From Octopus sinensis (taxonomy: Eukaryota), in the NCBI RefSeq assembly GCF_006345805.1, contig NC_043009.1, positions 59,954,001 to 60,018,000 of the forward strand: a stretch of 64,000 nucleotides of DNA, read 5' to 3'. Made by a program: the position numbers and the translations under genes. The notes below the pieces were generated by a model. That model was not told where the DNA came from, did no database searches, and saw nothing but the letters and a program-made list of their open reading frames with translations. Of this stretch, positions 41,901 to 54,359 are shown in pieces (within the stretch, counting starts at the first letter, position 1; each line of letters opens with the position of its first letter).

Positions 41901-42239
41901 TTGGATATCTTCTGTTAGCCATTTTGCTCTATATGGCCAACGGATGTTCATATATATATATGTATATATATATGCACATAAACATATGTATACATACAAA
42001 CATATATATATATGTATGTATGTGTATATATATATATAAAATATAAATTAGAGATAAAACCACTATTATGCAACTCAAACAGTGATAAACATAAACCAAA
42101 ACATAAAAAACAAATAAAATATACTTTTATAAAACATATAACTAGATCACAAAAAGTATAAAAATGAATAATCAATATATAAGTAAAAACCATAAAAGAA
42201 TATATATATATAAATCTTTATATATATATATATATATAT

Positions 42240-42505
42240 TCTTTTTATGCTTTATTGTTTCAGTCATTTGACTGCGGCCATGCTGGAGAACCGCCTTTAG
42301 TCGAGCAAATCGACCCCAGGACTTATTCTTTGTAAGCCTAGTACTTATTCTATCGGTTTCTTTTGCCGAACCGCTAAGTTACGGGGACGTAAACACACCA
42401 GCATCAGTTGTCAAGTGATGGTGAGGGGACAAACACAGACACACAAACACACATACGAACATACATGCATATATACATGCATACATACATACATACATAC
42501 ATACA

Positions 42506-42571
<66 letters not shown>

Positions 42572-42722
42572 TATATATATATATATATACGACGGGCTTC
42601 TTTCAGTTTCCGTCTACCAAATCCATTCACAAGGCCTTGGTCGGCACGACGCTATAGTAGAAGACACTTGTCCAAGGTGCCACTCAGTGGGACTGAACTC
42701 AGAACCATGTGGTTGGTAAGCA
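42240..42722 (-). mobile_element. Family A SINE
   Basis: Near-complete reverse copy with an expanded internal microsatellite. Confidence 0.9.
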
Positions 42723-43069
42723 AGGGGTAAAAGTTATTAAAATAATAATTTATACCAGTGGTTAGAATGCATAAAAAAAGTCGGTAGGCATAAATGTTTT
42801 TATGATATATATATGAGTGTATAAAATTTTTGAAACAAAATTAGGCTTTGACACTGCAGTTTGGCATGGAGGAAAGTAATTTCTCGCTTAAAGCAACGCC
42901 TCCTGCAGTCTGCAGAAGGCGCCCTGAGATGATTATGGTGTTATTGCATTATCTTGTTCAAAGCGAGAATTTTAACTTCACAGCACACTGTAATGAAAGA
43001 AATCATTTACGTGTACAAATACGCCCCAAACATATTTGGACTGATCTAAAGTTTAGGCTTATGTAATGT

Positions 43070-43091
43070 ATTGTATTGTACTGTATTGTAT

Positions 43092-43123
<32 letters not shown>

Positions 43124-43226
43124 TGTCTGTCTGTATGTATGTATGTATGTATGTATGTATGCTTGTACGTATGTATGTAATGATAATAGTTGTTTTCTTA
43201 AACATATATATACATAAGTATATATA

Positions 43227-43257
<31 letters not shown>

Positions 43258-43471
43258 ATATACATACATATTTTTCTTACATTTTTCTATTTTTTCCTAT
43301 TAGATCAGGAGGAGGTAGTAAGGTATTAGGGTCTTAATTCGGTTGAGATTAAACATGATAAATTTTGTCCTATTGTTATATATATATATATATACGTATA
43401 TATATGCATGTATATATGTATATAAATATATATGTATATATATGTATGTATATATGTACGTATGTATATAC

Positions 43472-43503
<32 letters not shown>

Positions 43504-43534
43504 GTTATATATATATATATATATATGTGTATGT

Positions 43535-43565
<31 letters not shown>

Positions 43566-43692
43566 ATGTACGTACTTGCATTATATATGCATGTATATAT
43601 GTATATATATGTATGTATATATGTATATATATATATTTTATATATATAATGTATATATATATACATATATAATATATATATATATATATAAA
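43070..43692. repeat. (TATG)/(TA)n arrays, left flank of the Penelope-like element
   Basis: Directly visible. Confidence 0.9.
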
Positions 43693-43902
43693 TAATAAAT
43701 ATTAGGGAATATATCCAAATTTACAGGGAAAAAAAATCAGATTTAGGATTAAATCCAATTTTATAGTAAAATATTATAAAATTTATTTGAGACAAAACCA
43801 CTATTTTGCAAAACAAACAAGGAAAGACTTAATCAATACATAAAATTTAATAAATAGTCAAAAATTTTGTATATTGAGTGTAATACCTCAATTTCGCAAA
43901 TT

Positions 43903-46399
43903 ATGGATTTTACAGGTAAGATAGAACCGCTGTTTTGGGATTCATCTTTGAAAGATATTCCTATTCCTTCTAGAAAGGAATTTATCTTGAAACTTGTTAA
44001 TAATGTTAAAGATTTTATTTCTAGAATTAAATGGAAAGCTTTTTACTATAATTTTTATTTATTTAATGATATTGATAGTAGGAATGATAATTATACCTCT
44101 AAATTTAAATCTAGAAAGGAACCTCCATTTAATAAAGAATTACAATTACTTGAAGATAGTTATGGAAGGTGGTAAAAAATTGAATTCCATAAATACCCAA
44201 ATAGAAATAATGAATATTTAAGGAATTTAGCAATTAAAATTAAAGATTGAGAAATATGGATAATATTATAGTACAATCTGATAAAACGGAATTTATATAA
44301 ATTAGATGTTAAATTATATGATAAACTATTAGGGAAGAAATAATTAAAAAATATAAAATTGTTCCAGATGATATTATTTATAATATTAATAAGGCCTCTA
44401 AAGTAGTAATGTTAAATATGAGTTGGATAATAAACTGAACCTTATGTACCTTTGCACCCCAGATTACTCTTAAAGACCATAAAGATAATTTTTATTCAGA
44501 CCCTAAAGTTAGATTAATTTGCCCATGTAAATCGGACCTAGGTAAATTAAGTAAATTTATTTTAGATAAATATATTGATAAGTTAAATAAACTTAATTAT
44601 TTAAAATTATGGTTTAGTAATAATAATACATTGAAATGGTTTAATAATATTAAGATAAAAATCGTTATAAATTTATTCAAATAGATATAGATAATTATTA
44701 TTCTTCTATTAATGAAATTGGTGTTTAATAAAGCGCTTATTTTCGCAATGAATAAAGTGGGCATGTCACGGGAAGAAGTTAATGTAATTAATTGGCTAGG
44801 AAATCGCTAATTAAATATAAAAATAAATTATGGGCTAGGAATGATACTAGAGATTGTTTTGATATACCTATGGGAGCACCAGATTCTGCACAGGCTACTG
44901 ATTTAGTAGGTATTTTTCTTTTATCTGAACTCCAATTAGAAAATCTTAAGATAGAGGGTGGTTTATATAGAGACGATCTTCTACTAGTTACAAAGAATTG
45001 TACTAATAGGAATCTAGAAGTATATAGAAAAACTATATAGTTTCTTTAAAAGATATGGTTTACGTATTACTATATATAAGGAGAATTATAATGTTAATTA
45101 TTTAGATGTTAACTTTAATCTTATTACAGGTAAAACACAACCATATCATAACTTAATGAGAACCTTAGATATATAATGTTAATAGTAATCACCCATTTTC
45201 TATTAAAAAATCGTTGATTAATAATATAAGTAAACGTATTTCATTACTCTCTTATGATATAGAGATTTTTAATAAACATGCTAATTATTATAATGAGGCC
45301 CTTAGAGGGCAGGTTATAATAAGAATATTAAATTTTATAATATTAGCGATAATGATTTAAATGATAATTTTCGAGATACTTCTAATAATAATTATAATTT
45401 TGTTACGTTTAGTGGTAAAAATAATAGATATTATAAAAAAATAATAAAAATGATAAAAATATAAATAAGATAATAATAATATAATAAATATAATAATAAT
45501 AATATAAATAAGAATAATATAAATAAAAATAAATTTAATAATTATTATAATAATTATATTGATAAATTTAATAATATTAATAATTCCTTAAATGCTGTAC
45601 ATAGATATAATTCTGATAATAATTTTAATAAAATAAAGAATTATAAATATATTTATAATAATGATAATAATAATAAGGTTAATAAGAATAAAATTTGGTT
45701 AATAGTTCCTTATGGAGATCAAGTTAAAACGAATATTATTAAAGAGATTTTAGATGTTATAGAACTATTTATTAGAGATAATCGTAAATATAGAACATTT
45801 TTCTCTTTTAATATAATTTTGGAGTTGGTTACTCTACCACTAATAATGTTGGTAACATTATTTCTTCATTTAATAAATATAAACTGAATAATTTTTATAA
45901 AAAGAAATTATTTGATGATAATAATTAATAATGATAAGACTTATATTAATTGTACATGTAGAGATAAATCTAATGTATATTAAATATAATTGTGATATTA
46001 AAGATGTAGTGTATAAATGTATAGTTACATTACATGATAATAACTTTAAGAATAATAATTACACAAAAGCGGTTTATATAGGTTCTACTTCCTCAAAAAT
46101 AAAACTAAGAATTGCACAACATATGAATCTTTTAAAATAAAAACTTAATCAACTCAACCGGACTTAGTAAGTATATTTGGAGTCTTAAATCACTAAATAT
46201 TAATTATAGTTTAATATGGGAAATAATTTGTAAAACTAAATCATATAATATAGGAGCTAATTGTTGTTATTTATGCTCTAATGAGTTTAAAGAAATTTTA
46301 TTTTATAAGTATGATAATTTACTTAATACTGGGGAGGAGCGCAAAATAAAATGTAGACACAAGTTACTTTACTTATATAATAAGTTTCATGATAAATAG
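43903..46399 (+). pseudogene. Penelope-like reverse transcriptase plus GIY-YIG endonuclease (frameshifted)
   Basis: SLKDIPIPS...RIKWKAF; DHKDNFYSDPKVRLICPCKSDLG; FDIPMGAPDSAQATDLVGIFLL; GLYRDDLL; NYLDVNFNL; SNHP. C-terminus CTCRDKS...VVYKCIV...VYIGSTSSKIKLRIAQH...LSKYIWSLK...CCYLC...KCRH, stop TAG at 46397-46399. Confidence 0.92.
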
Positions 46400-47655
46400 C
46401 AATAATAGTTCCCTTTTAGGTTATTTTAGTTTAGTTTAAATTAGTTTAGATGATATATTTGGTTATGTTGTCTAGGATTTAATTATAGTTAGTCTTTATT
46501 GATATTTCTTTGTTTTAATTAGTTCATTTTTAATGTATATTAATTTAGCAGTTTATGGTACGTTAAAACTTAATAATAATTTATATTAGATTTTTTTATT
46601 TTTTATTTTATTTTTATTTATTTTATTTTATTATGTATTTTTATTTTGCATTTGTTATATGTATTTTGAGGATATATTTATATGTTTTTGGGTGTTATTT
46701 AGTGGTGTTTTTATTGAGTTTTGTATGTATGTGTGAATGTTTAAGATCCCTTTGTTTTTTGTTTTTTATTTGTATGTTGAATTGACAGATTTTATTTGGG
46801 TTTTGTCTTTTATAATGAAGTACACACCCATAACAATTATAAGTGCCCACTTCATTCGTTGTACTTGGGTTTGCATGTGAGCCTCAGCATATGCACCTAA
46901 CGGCCACTCCAGCCCCACATGGATAAATAAACACATACATCCTATTAAAAAAAATAAAAAAAATAATAAAATTAAAAAAAAAAAAAAAAAAAAAATGGGA
47001 GTAATCCCATTCACACCAATTATATGTATACAATTATACACACTTGAATAATACATACTAGCCCTAATATACAGAACATACTAATAATCACCAACTAACC
47101 ACCATCACAATGAACCCACACCCATACAATGACAAAACTCCCCCATACCCTATTTACACCTACATAGTAATCCCAATATATTCTTCCATACATGGACGCA
47201 AGTGCGTGAAGCACATGAACATAATTAGTACGTACAACCCCTAATACACACTAATATATACGTATCAAGCTCGACCTCCACAGTGATAAGTTTACACACA
47301 ATCACACCCAGATGGGTGAATTGCACAACCAGTGAATGCTCACATTTACGGGCGCGATTACATTGTTGCATATATCGAGCCAAAATAGTATGCATATGTA
47401 CATGTGGGGGGTACACGTAAATGAAGTGAGCGTGTACCCCCTGTATTTATACCCGTGCGTGAATATACACATGGAGACTACCACACAGGTACAAATGTGT
47501 TTAGAAATGGGAGCCCCATCACTACACTTAATGTATACTCTCACCCATCCGCACGGATGTGTAAGTGTATCTCCGGTGTTATGTTAGGGCTTATATGTAG
47601 AGTTGTTGAAGGAATGTCGTTGAAATTGTGAATGAATGGGTAGAGTTGGGAATTG

Positions 47656-49231
47656 TAACCGGGTGGTGGACTAGTGTTGCTTGGAATTGTGAATGGATTA
47701 GGTGGGTAATGAGGTAGGCATTGAGTTTGGGTTACTGTAAGTTTTTTGTTAGAGTTATAGGGTGAGCTAAAGCTCATAAATGTATTTAATTGATTTTTCA
47801 TGATAGTTTTTAAAGAATCCATTCATAATAAATTTTTTTAAGTAGCGTTGGTTTGCTACGTGGAAATAGTTTTTAGTTCCATTTATTATATTTCTCCATT
47901 CATACTATGAATGACGTTTACTTTCTATGGCGCGTATTCTTTTTTTACATTAGTTATTTCCATGGTAACGTAATTTTGTTTGGTTTTTTAACGGCTAATA
48001 ATCTAATTTCACTTCATAATTTGTAACTGAATTGTAAGTATGTATTTGATTTATCCTTATGTCATAATGTTATTTTTGATATTCTGGTTAATTACGATGT
48101 ATTTATTGTTGTTTTCATAAGAGTGTTTATGTATATGAGATTGGTTGTGAGTTTTTAATTGTATAATTAATTATTTATATCTGTATGAGTGTGGATGTAA
48201 ATATTGTTGTATATATCGAGTTTTAGTGAGTATGTATATGCGTATATGTGAGGGAGCATATGTATCTGTTTGTGTGTGTGTTTTTGCGTGTGTGTGTGTT
48301 TGTGTGTGAATGTGTATTTGGGTTTGTTATTTAGGATTTGGGATGTATGTGTTAATTTGTCTGTGTGGGGAGGGAGTGGTTTTTGGTGTATAGAGGTTAT
48401 AAGTTAGTATAGGTTTGTGTATAAGTCTTGGGTCTGTGGTTTACGTGTGGGTTTTTTGTGTGTGAATGTTTAGGTTAGGGGGATTGCTATATAAGTTTGT
48501 TATAGGGTTTAGCAAAGGGAGATTTTATCGTATATGCTTTTATGAGTTTTGGTTTATCATGGTTTTTTTTTAGGGTAATTTGTGGTATTTTGTCTATTTT
48601 AGGTGTTGGTTATTTTTTTACATTGTTTCATTCATAATTTTTGAGTGGTGCTCGTTTTGCCACGTGAATAACCGGGTGGTGGACTAGAGTTGTTTGAATG
48701 TGAATGGAATAGTGTAGTAGTGAGGTAGGCATAGAGAATGGGATTGGGTTACTGCAAGTTGTTTGTTAGAGATGCTAAGGTGAGTTAAAGCTCATAAATG
48801 TATATAATGTTTTATGTGGTGTGTAAGTATTTGTTGTATTGTCGAGTTTAGTGAGTATGTATAGGCGTATATGTGAGGGAGTATATGTATCTTTTGTGTG
48901 TGAGTGTTTTGTTGTGTGTGAGTGTGTGTTTGTGTGTGAATGTATATATGGGTTTGTTATTTAGGTTTTGGGATGTATGTGTTAATTTGTCTGTGTGGGG
49001 AGGGAGTGGGTTTTGGTGTATATTGAGGTTTATAAGTTAGTATAGGTATGTGTAAAGTCGTGAGTCTGTGGTTTACGTGTGTGTATTTGTGTGTGAATGT
49101 TTAGGTTAGGGGGTTTACTTTATAGGTTTGTTATAGAGTTTAGCAAAGGAGATTTTATCGTTATATGTTTTTAAAGAGTTTGTTTTAGTAGGGTTTTTTT
49201 TAGGGAATTCGTGGTAATTAGTCTATATTTT
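47656..49231 (+). repeat. Two pairs of diverged direct repeats in the PLE 3' extension
   Basis: R1 at 47656-47790 and 48669-48808; R2 at 48202-48600 and 48829-49231. Confidence 0.9.
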
Positions 49232-49348
49232 CGATATGGATTATATATAGGTTATATGGATTATATACTTATATTTTTTCATTTATACTTTAATTATTTA
49301 AAAGTATTATTTTTATATTTTAAAATTTTGATTTTTTAGATTGGAAGT

Positions 49349-49391
49349 CCACCTGAAGATTGTCGATCAAGACAAGAAACGATTGTAGTGG
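49349..49391 (+). ncRNA. Minimal type I hammerhead ribozyme
   Basis: CCAC-CTGAAGA-TTGTC-gatcaa-GACAA-GAAA-C-gatt-G-TA-GTGG. All core nucleotides are present, stems I and II are perfect, and the predicted cleavage is after GUA at 49387. Confidence 0.85.
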
Positions 49392-49499
49392 CGGTTTTTT
49401 TGACTATTTATTAAATTTATTATGGATTAGTCTTTCCTTGTTTGTTTTGCAAATAGTGGTTTGTCTCAAATAATATTTTATATATATATATATTATATA

Positions 49500-49508
49500 T
49501 ATATGTGG

Positions 49509-49539
<31 letters not shown>

Positions 49540-50583
49540 GTGTTTGTGTGTGTGAGTTTGTGTGTGTGTGTACGTACTTGCATTACATAGATACAGGCAT
49601 ACATACAGAAATAGTTTCGAACAGACATATATACACATGTACGTATATATGCATGTAGGTATATATACACATATAAAGATACTCTTATGACAATAGGGGC
49701 CGGTATGTATTTATATTTATGTGTGAAACCGGTTAGAACTCATCAAAGCTGCAATGGCTAATTACTGAAAGAGCTCCATGCAAATTTCTCATCGATGGAT
49801 TGAAAACCAAAATCATCTCGACTGAGAATTAATATCTCCTTCTGGTTACTATAGCAACGAGATTGGCTAATTTGAACGGATTTTAATAATAAGATAATCG
49901 ATATACTCTGACAAGCAATAACCTTATTGGTCATTTTGGTACCATGATTTCGAAAGGGAAAAACCAGGTATGTATGTATGTATGTATGTATGTATGTATG
50001 TATGTATGTATGTATGTATGTATGTGTGTGTGTATGTGTGTGTGTGTATGTATGTATGTATGTATGTATGTATGTATGTATGTATGTATGCATGCATGTA
50101 TGTATGTATGAATGTATGTATGTATGTATGTAAGTATGCATGCATGTATGTATGTATGAATGTATGTATGTATATAAATATGCATGTATTTACATATTGC
50201 ATACATATGTGTATGTGTGAATATATAAACACATACATACATATATATATATATATACATATAAATACATGTACATATATACATGTATATAGATATGTAT
50301 ACCACGCGTACATACATATATCTACTCATAAGCATATGTGTATATGTGTGTATGTGCGTGTGTGCATGCATACACATATATACATACATGCACATATATA
50401 TCTTTATATAAACTTTGCATGTGTTTGTGTATTATGTATGTATATATAATACATTCGCACATGCACACACATGCATATATATATATACATATATATTATA
50501 TATTACATATAATATTATATATATATATATATATATATAATTATATATATATATATATATACATAATATATATATATATATAC

Positions 50584-50616
<33 letters not shown>

Positions 50617-50665
50617 CTATATATAATATATATAATATATATCTATATACTATATATCATATATA

Positions 50666-50707
<42 letters not shown>

Positions 50708-51000
50708 ATATTATATATATATATTCGTACATACACACATATACACCATTGATATGCAAATGTATTAAATTATCAACGCCGACATACATACTTACGTACA
50801 TACGTACATACATTACATAGATACAGACGTACATATGCAGAAATACTTTCGCACACACACACACACACACGCATATACACATGTACGTATGCACGTATAT
50901 TCATACATGTGTACGTACATATATATATATGTGTCTGTACGTATGCTATGTATGAACGTATGTGCGTAATTATGTATGTATTGATCATTTAATGACATTT
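49500..51000. repeat. (TG)/(TATG)/(TA)/(CA) low-complexity region
   Basis: Directly visible, with short unique interruptions. Confidence 0.85.
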
Positions 51001-51454
51001 TGTAGTGAATTTAGCCTCCAATTTTGTTATTAAAACTTTCCCCTAACGGCCTTACACACCAACATGTTTGGCTCGCTTGTTCAGTGAGATCCTTATCAGA
51101 CTTATTTCACAACCAAAGAGTCATGTGTACTATTGTACTAGCATTATGATTATATTAATGCTATGAGGTTTTGTTTCGCCTCCTCATCTTCTGTGTTCAA
51201 ATCCCACCGAGATCTATTCTGCCTTTCATTCTCTCGGCGTCCATGAATATAATACAAAGGATCGATGATATCGACCAATTCTTTTGATCCAGTTTCTGGC
51301 CTTGCGCTGAAAGCACAAATTATACACGGTCTCGGCTTGGTAGTATCGTTAAAACGTCTGACAAAATGCAAGGTTAGTATTCCTTGTGCCATTTTTCGTT
51401 CCGTGTTCAAATCCTGCCAAGGTCAACTTTGCGTTTTAAGTTTTTCGGGGGTTA

Positions 51455-51657
51455 CTCTTTCACTTGTTTCAGTCATTTGACTGTGCCCATGCTGGAGCAC
51501 CACCTTTTAGTCGAGCAAATCGACCCCAGGACTTATTCTTTGCAAGCCTAGTGCTTATTCTATCGGTCTCTTTTGCCGAACCGCTAAGTTACGGGGGACG
51601 TAAACACACCAGCATCGGTTATCAAGCGATATTGGGGGGACAAACACAGACACACAA

Positions 51658-51688
<31 letters not shown>

Positions 51689-51825
51689 CATATATACGAC
51701 AGGCTTCTTTTAGTTTCTGTCAACCAAATCCACTCACAAGGTTTTGGTCGGCCCGAGGCTATAGTAGAAGACACTTGTCCAAGGTGCCACGTAGTGGGAA
51801 TGAATCCGGAACCATGTGGCTGGCT
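51455..51825 (-). mobile_element. Family A SINE
   Basis: Near-complete reverse copy. Confidence 0.9.
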
Positions 51826-52069
51826 GATAAAATTAAGTACCAGTTAAGTACTGGGGATGACTAAAATTGGTGGCCTTGTGTCAGAATTGGAAACCACAAA
51901 AAATACAGTGAGATGACAGATTCTGTGGACATCGTATAAAGTACTTAATGGTATTTCTTTCGACTTCTTACTTTCTCGGTTAAAATTCCACCGGGGCCAA
52001 CTTTACTCTGTATCCCTTCGGGGTCGATAGAATAAAGTGTCATTTAAATACTGAGATCGATGTAATCGA

Positions 52070-52113
<44 letters not shown>

Positions 52114-52254
52114 TTGCTTAATAAAGGGATCGGCTGAAAAGTTCATAGGCTGACCAAGATAGTCTTATGGAATGTGACTAAATGAGGTTTATTTTTCAGC
52201 ATTGTCCTCCTTGTGATCCACAAACAACTTCCATCGGTGTTGTGGTGTTTGCAT

Positions 52255-52355
52255 CCCATTGGTGAAGAAGCTTTCACCTAGGTGTTTTCGCTCAATAAAC
52301 ACCCACAACGCCCGGTCTGGGAATCGAAACCGCGATCCTCCGACCGCGAGTCCGC
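52255..52355 (-). mobile_element. Family C SINE head fragment
   Basis: Reverse of gcagcggactcgcggtcg..gatcgcggtttcgattcccagaccgggc. Confidence 0.75.
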
Positions 52356-52799
52356 TGCTGCTGCTGCTGTTGTCGTTGACATCGTTCTTGTTAACGTCAG
52401 TATCACTACCGATTTTAATATTAGCACTACTAGAAATGTTCTAATTGTTTTGTCTCCTGATATTATTTTCGATAACTGTCGAAAATGTCTTCACGTAACT
52501 CTTAACATTACTTAATATTTTAAATTGTACTTCTGGTTTTTTTTTCCTCAGAATCTTAAATTATTCTTTTTTCCTTGCGAACATGTCTTTCACCTTCTTC
52601 AATACTGCTATTACTTCTAACTTGGCTCTTACTGCTGCTACAGATGTAGTCGTGTTTACAGAATATTTCAAATGCATAACCACTAAACTAAAAAAAGATC
52701 AAAGTTGAAATAAAACAATTCTTTCTCCCCCAGAAATGTAGCAGAATTAAAATTTCAGGTCTCACCTCGTTCAACAAACAGACCACACAAAAAATGGAA

Positions 52800-52841
52800 A
52801 CACGCACACACACACACACACACACGCACACACACACACAC

Positions 52842-52925
<84 letters not shown>
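52800..52925. repeat. (CA)n
   Basis: Directly visible. Confidence 0.95.
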
Positions 52926-52928
<3 letters not shown>

Positions 52929-53213
52929 TCAGACGGTAATTCAATTTTTGAAACACGAAACCGACAGACAAGTTATGAGCACGACCGACTGATTGTACAT
53001 TTAATAATAATTTTATCCAATTTCGGCGCAAGGTTAGCCATTTTGAGAGAATGAGTAAGTCAAATTACATCGACCGCATTGCTTGAATAGAACTTAAGGC
53101 TGAGAGGCAAAGTTGACCTCGGCGGAATTCCAACTCAGAATTTAATAAATCGGAAGAAATGCCGCTAAGCATTTTTGCCCGGCGTATTAACGATTCTGCC
53201 AACTCGCTGTCTT

Positions 53214-53274
<61 letters not shown>

Positions 53275-54083
53275 TTACTCGTTTATCGAAATCCCAGTAT
53301 CGAAATCAATACGGGACCTGGGGATAGACATGAGTGACGATGCATCTTTTTCTTCACACATCGCGAAGGTGGCGACAATGTGCAGACGACTCACTGGCTG
53401 GATCCTGAGGACATTCCGGACAAGAGACTGCGAGACCATGTTGACACTATGGAGGACATTTGTCCTAAGCCGCCTGGACTACTGCTTCCAACTGTGGTCA
53501 CCGCATAGTGTCAAACTAACCACAGAGCATGAGACAATCCAAAGACATTTCACCAAGAGGATTTCCACCATGAAAGAAAAGAACTATTGGGAGAGGCTTA
53601 GGGAACTCAATTTGTACTCCTTGGAACGAAGACGAGAGAGATATGCAGTGATATACATATGGAAAATCCTGGAGGGACTAGCACCAAATTTTGGAATTGA
53701 GAGCTGTTCCAATCCCCGTACAGGACGTCACTGTGTGGTGCCAAAGGTCCCGTCTTCCACATCCAGGGTAAGGAGCAGATACTGTAATAGCCTGGGGTTC
53801 AGGGGCCCTCAGCTGTTCAACAAACTGCCAAGAAAACTAAGAGATCTACATGATGCGGATGTGGACATTTTCAAAAAACATCTAGACAACCTGCTTTCCG
53901 GGATCCCAGATGAACCCACTGCAAGGTACGAAGGTAACCTAAGGGCAGCAGCTACAAACTCTCTCTTAGATCAGTGGCCAGCCACGGCAAACTGGACTTA
54001 GAGAGGGTAGCAACAAGGGCGGTGCCCCAGCATGGCCTCAGCCGGATGGCTGAAACAGGTAAAAGAGTAAAAGAGTAAAAGAG
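53275..54083 (+). mobile_element. 5'-truncated CR1-group LINE (ORF2 C-terminus, 3' UTR, (GTAAAAGA)n tail)
   Basis: Uninterrupted ~240 codons: IRDLGI...FSSHI...GWILRTF...LSRLDYCFQLWSP...LYSLERRRERY..IYIWKILEG...FRGPQLFNKLP...IPDEP. Stop at 53999-54001; tail at 54017-54083. Confidence 0.92.
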
Positions 54084-54087
54084 ATAT

Positions 54088-54250
54088 ATATACACATATA
54101 TACGACGGGCTTCTTTCAGTTTCCGCCTACCAAATCCACTTACAAGGCTTTGGTCGGCCCGAAGCTATAGTAGAAGACACTTGCACAAGGTGCCACGCAG
54201 TGGGACTGAACCCGGAACCATATGGTTCGAAAGGAAGCCACTTACCACAC
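54088..54250 (-). mobile_element. Family A SINE 5' half
   Basis: Reverse head and core. Confidence 0.85.
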
Positions 54251-54253
54251 ACC

Positions 54254-54312
<59 letters not shown>

Positions 54313-54359
54313 GAAGAAGAAGAAGAAGAAGAAGAAGAAGAAGAAGAAGAAGATGGTTT

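Larger units (their letters stand above)
43693..49480 (+). mobile_element. Penelope-like retroelement: inverted 5' terminal repeat, RT-EN ORF, ~2.9-kb 3' extension and hammerhead-bearing 3' terminal repeat
   Basis: 43784-43865 is the reverse complement of 49396-49472. The ORF relic runs 43903-46399. (TA)n lies at both outer junctions. Confidence 0.85.

Noticed and set aside
42848-43066. 72-aa ORF starting at TTG
   Set aside because: No known motif and a non-ATG start. It may be conserved non-coding DNA, but that cannot be shown from one sequence.
47050-47720. Second possible fold-back between the C-rich 47050-47200 and the G-rich 47580-47720
   Set aside because: The resemblance could come from complementary base composition alone; I found no convincing colinear alignment by eye.
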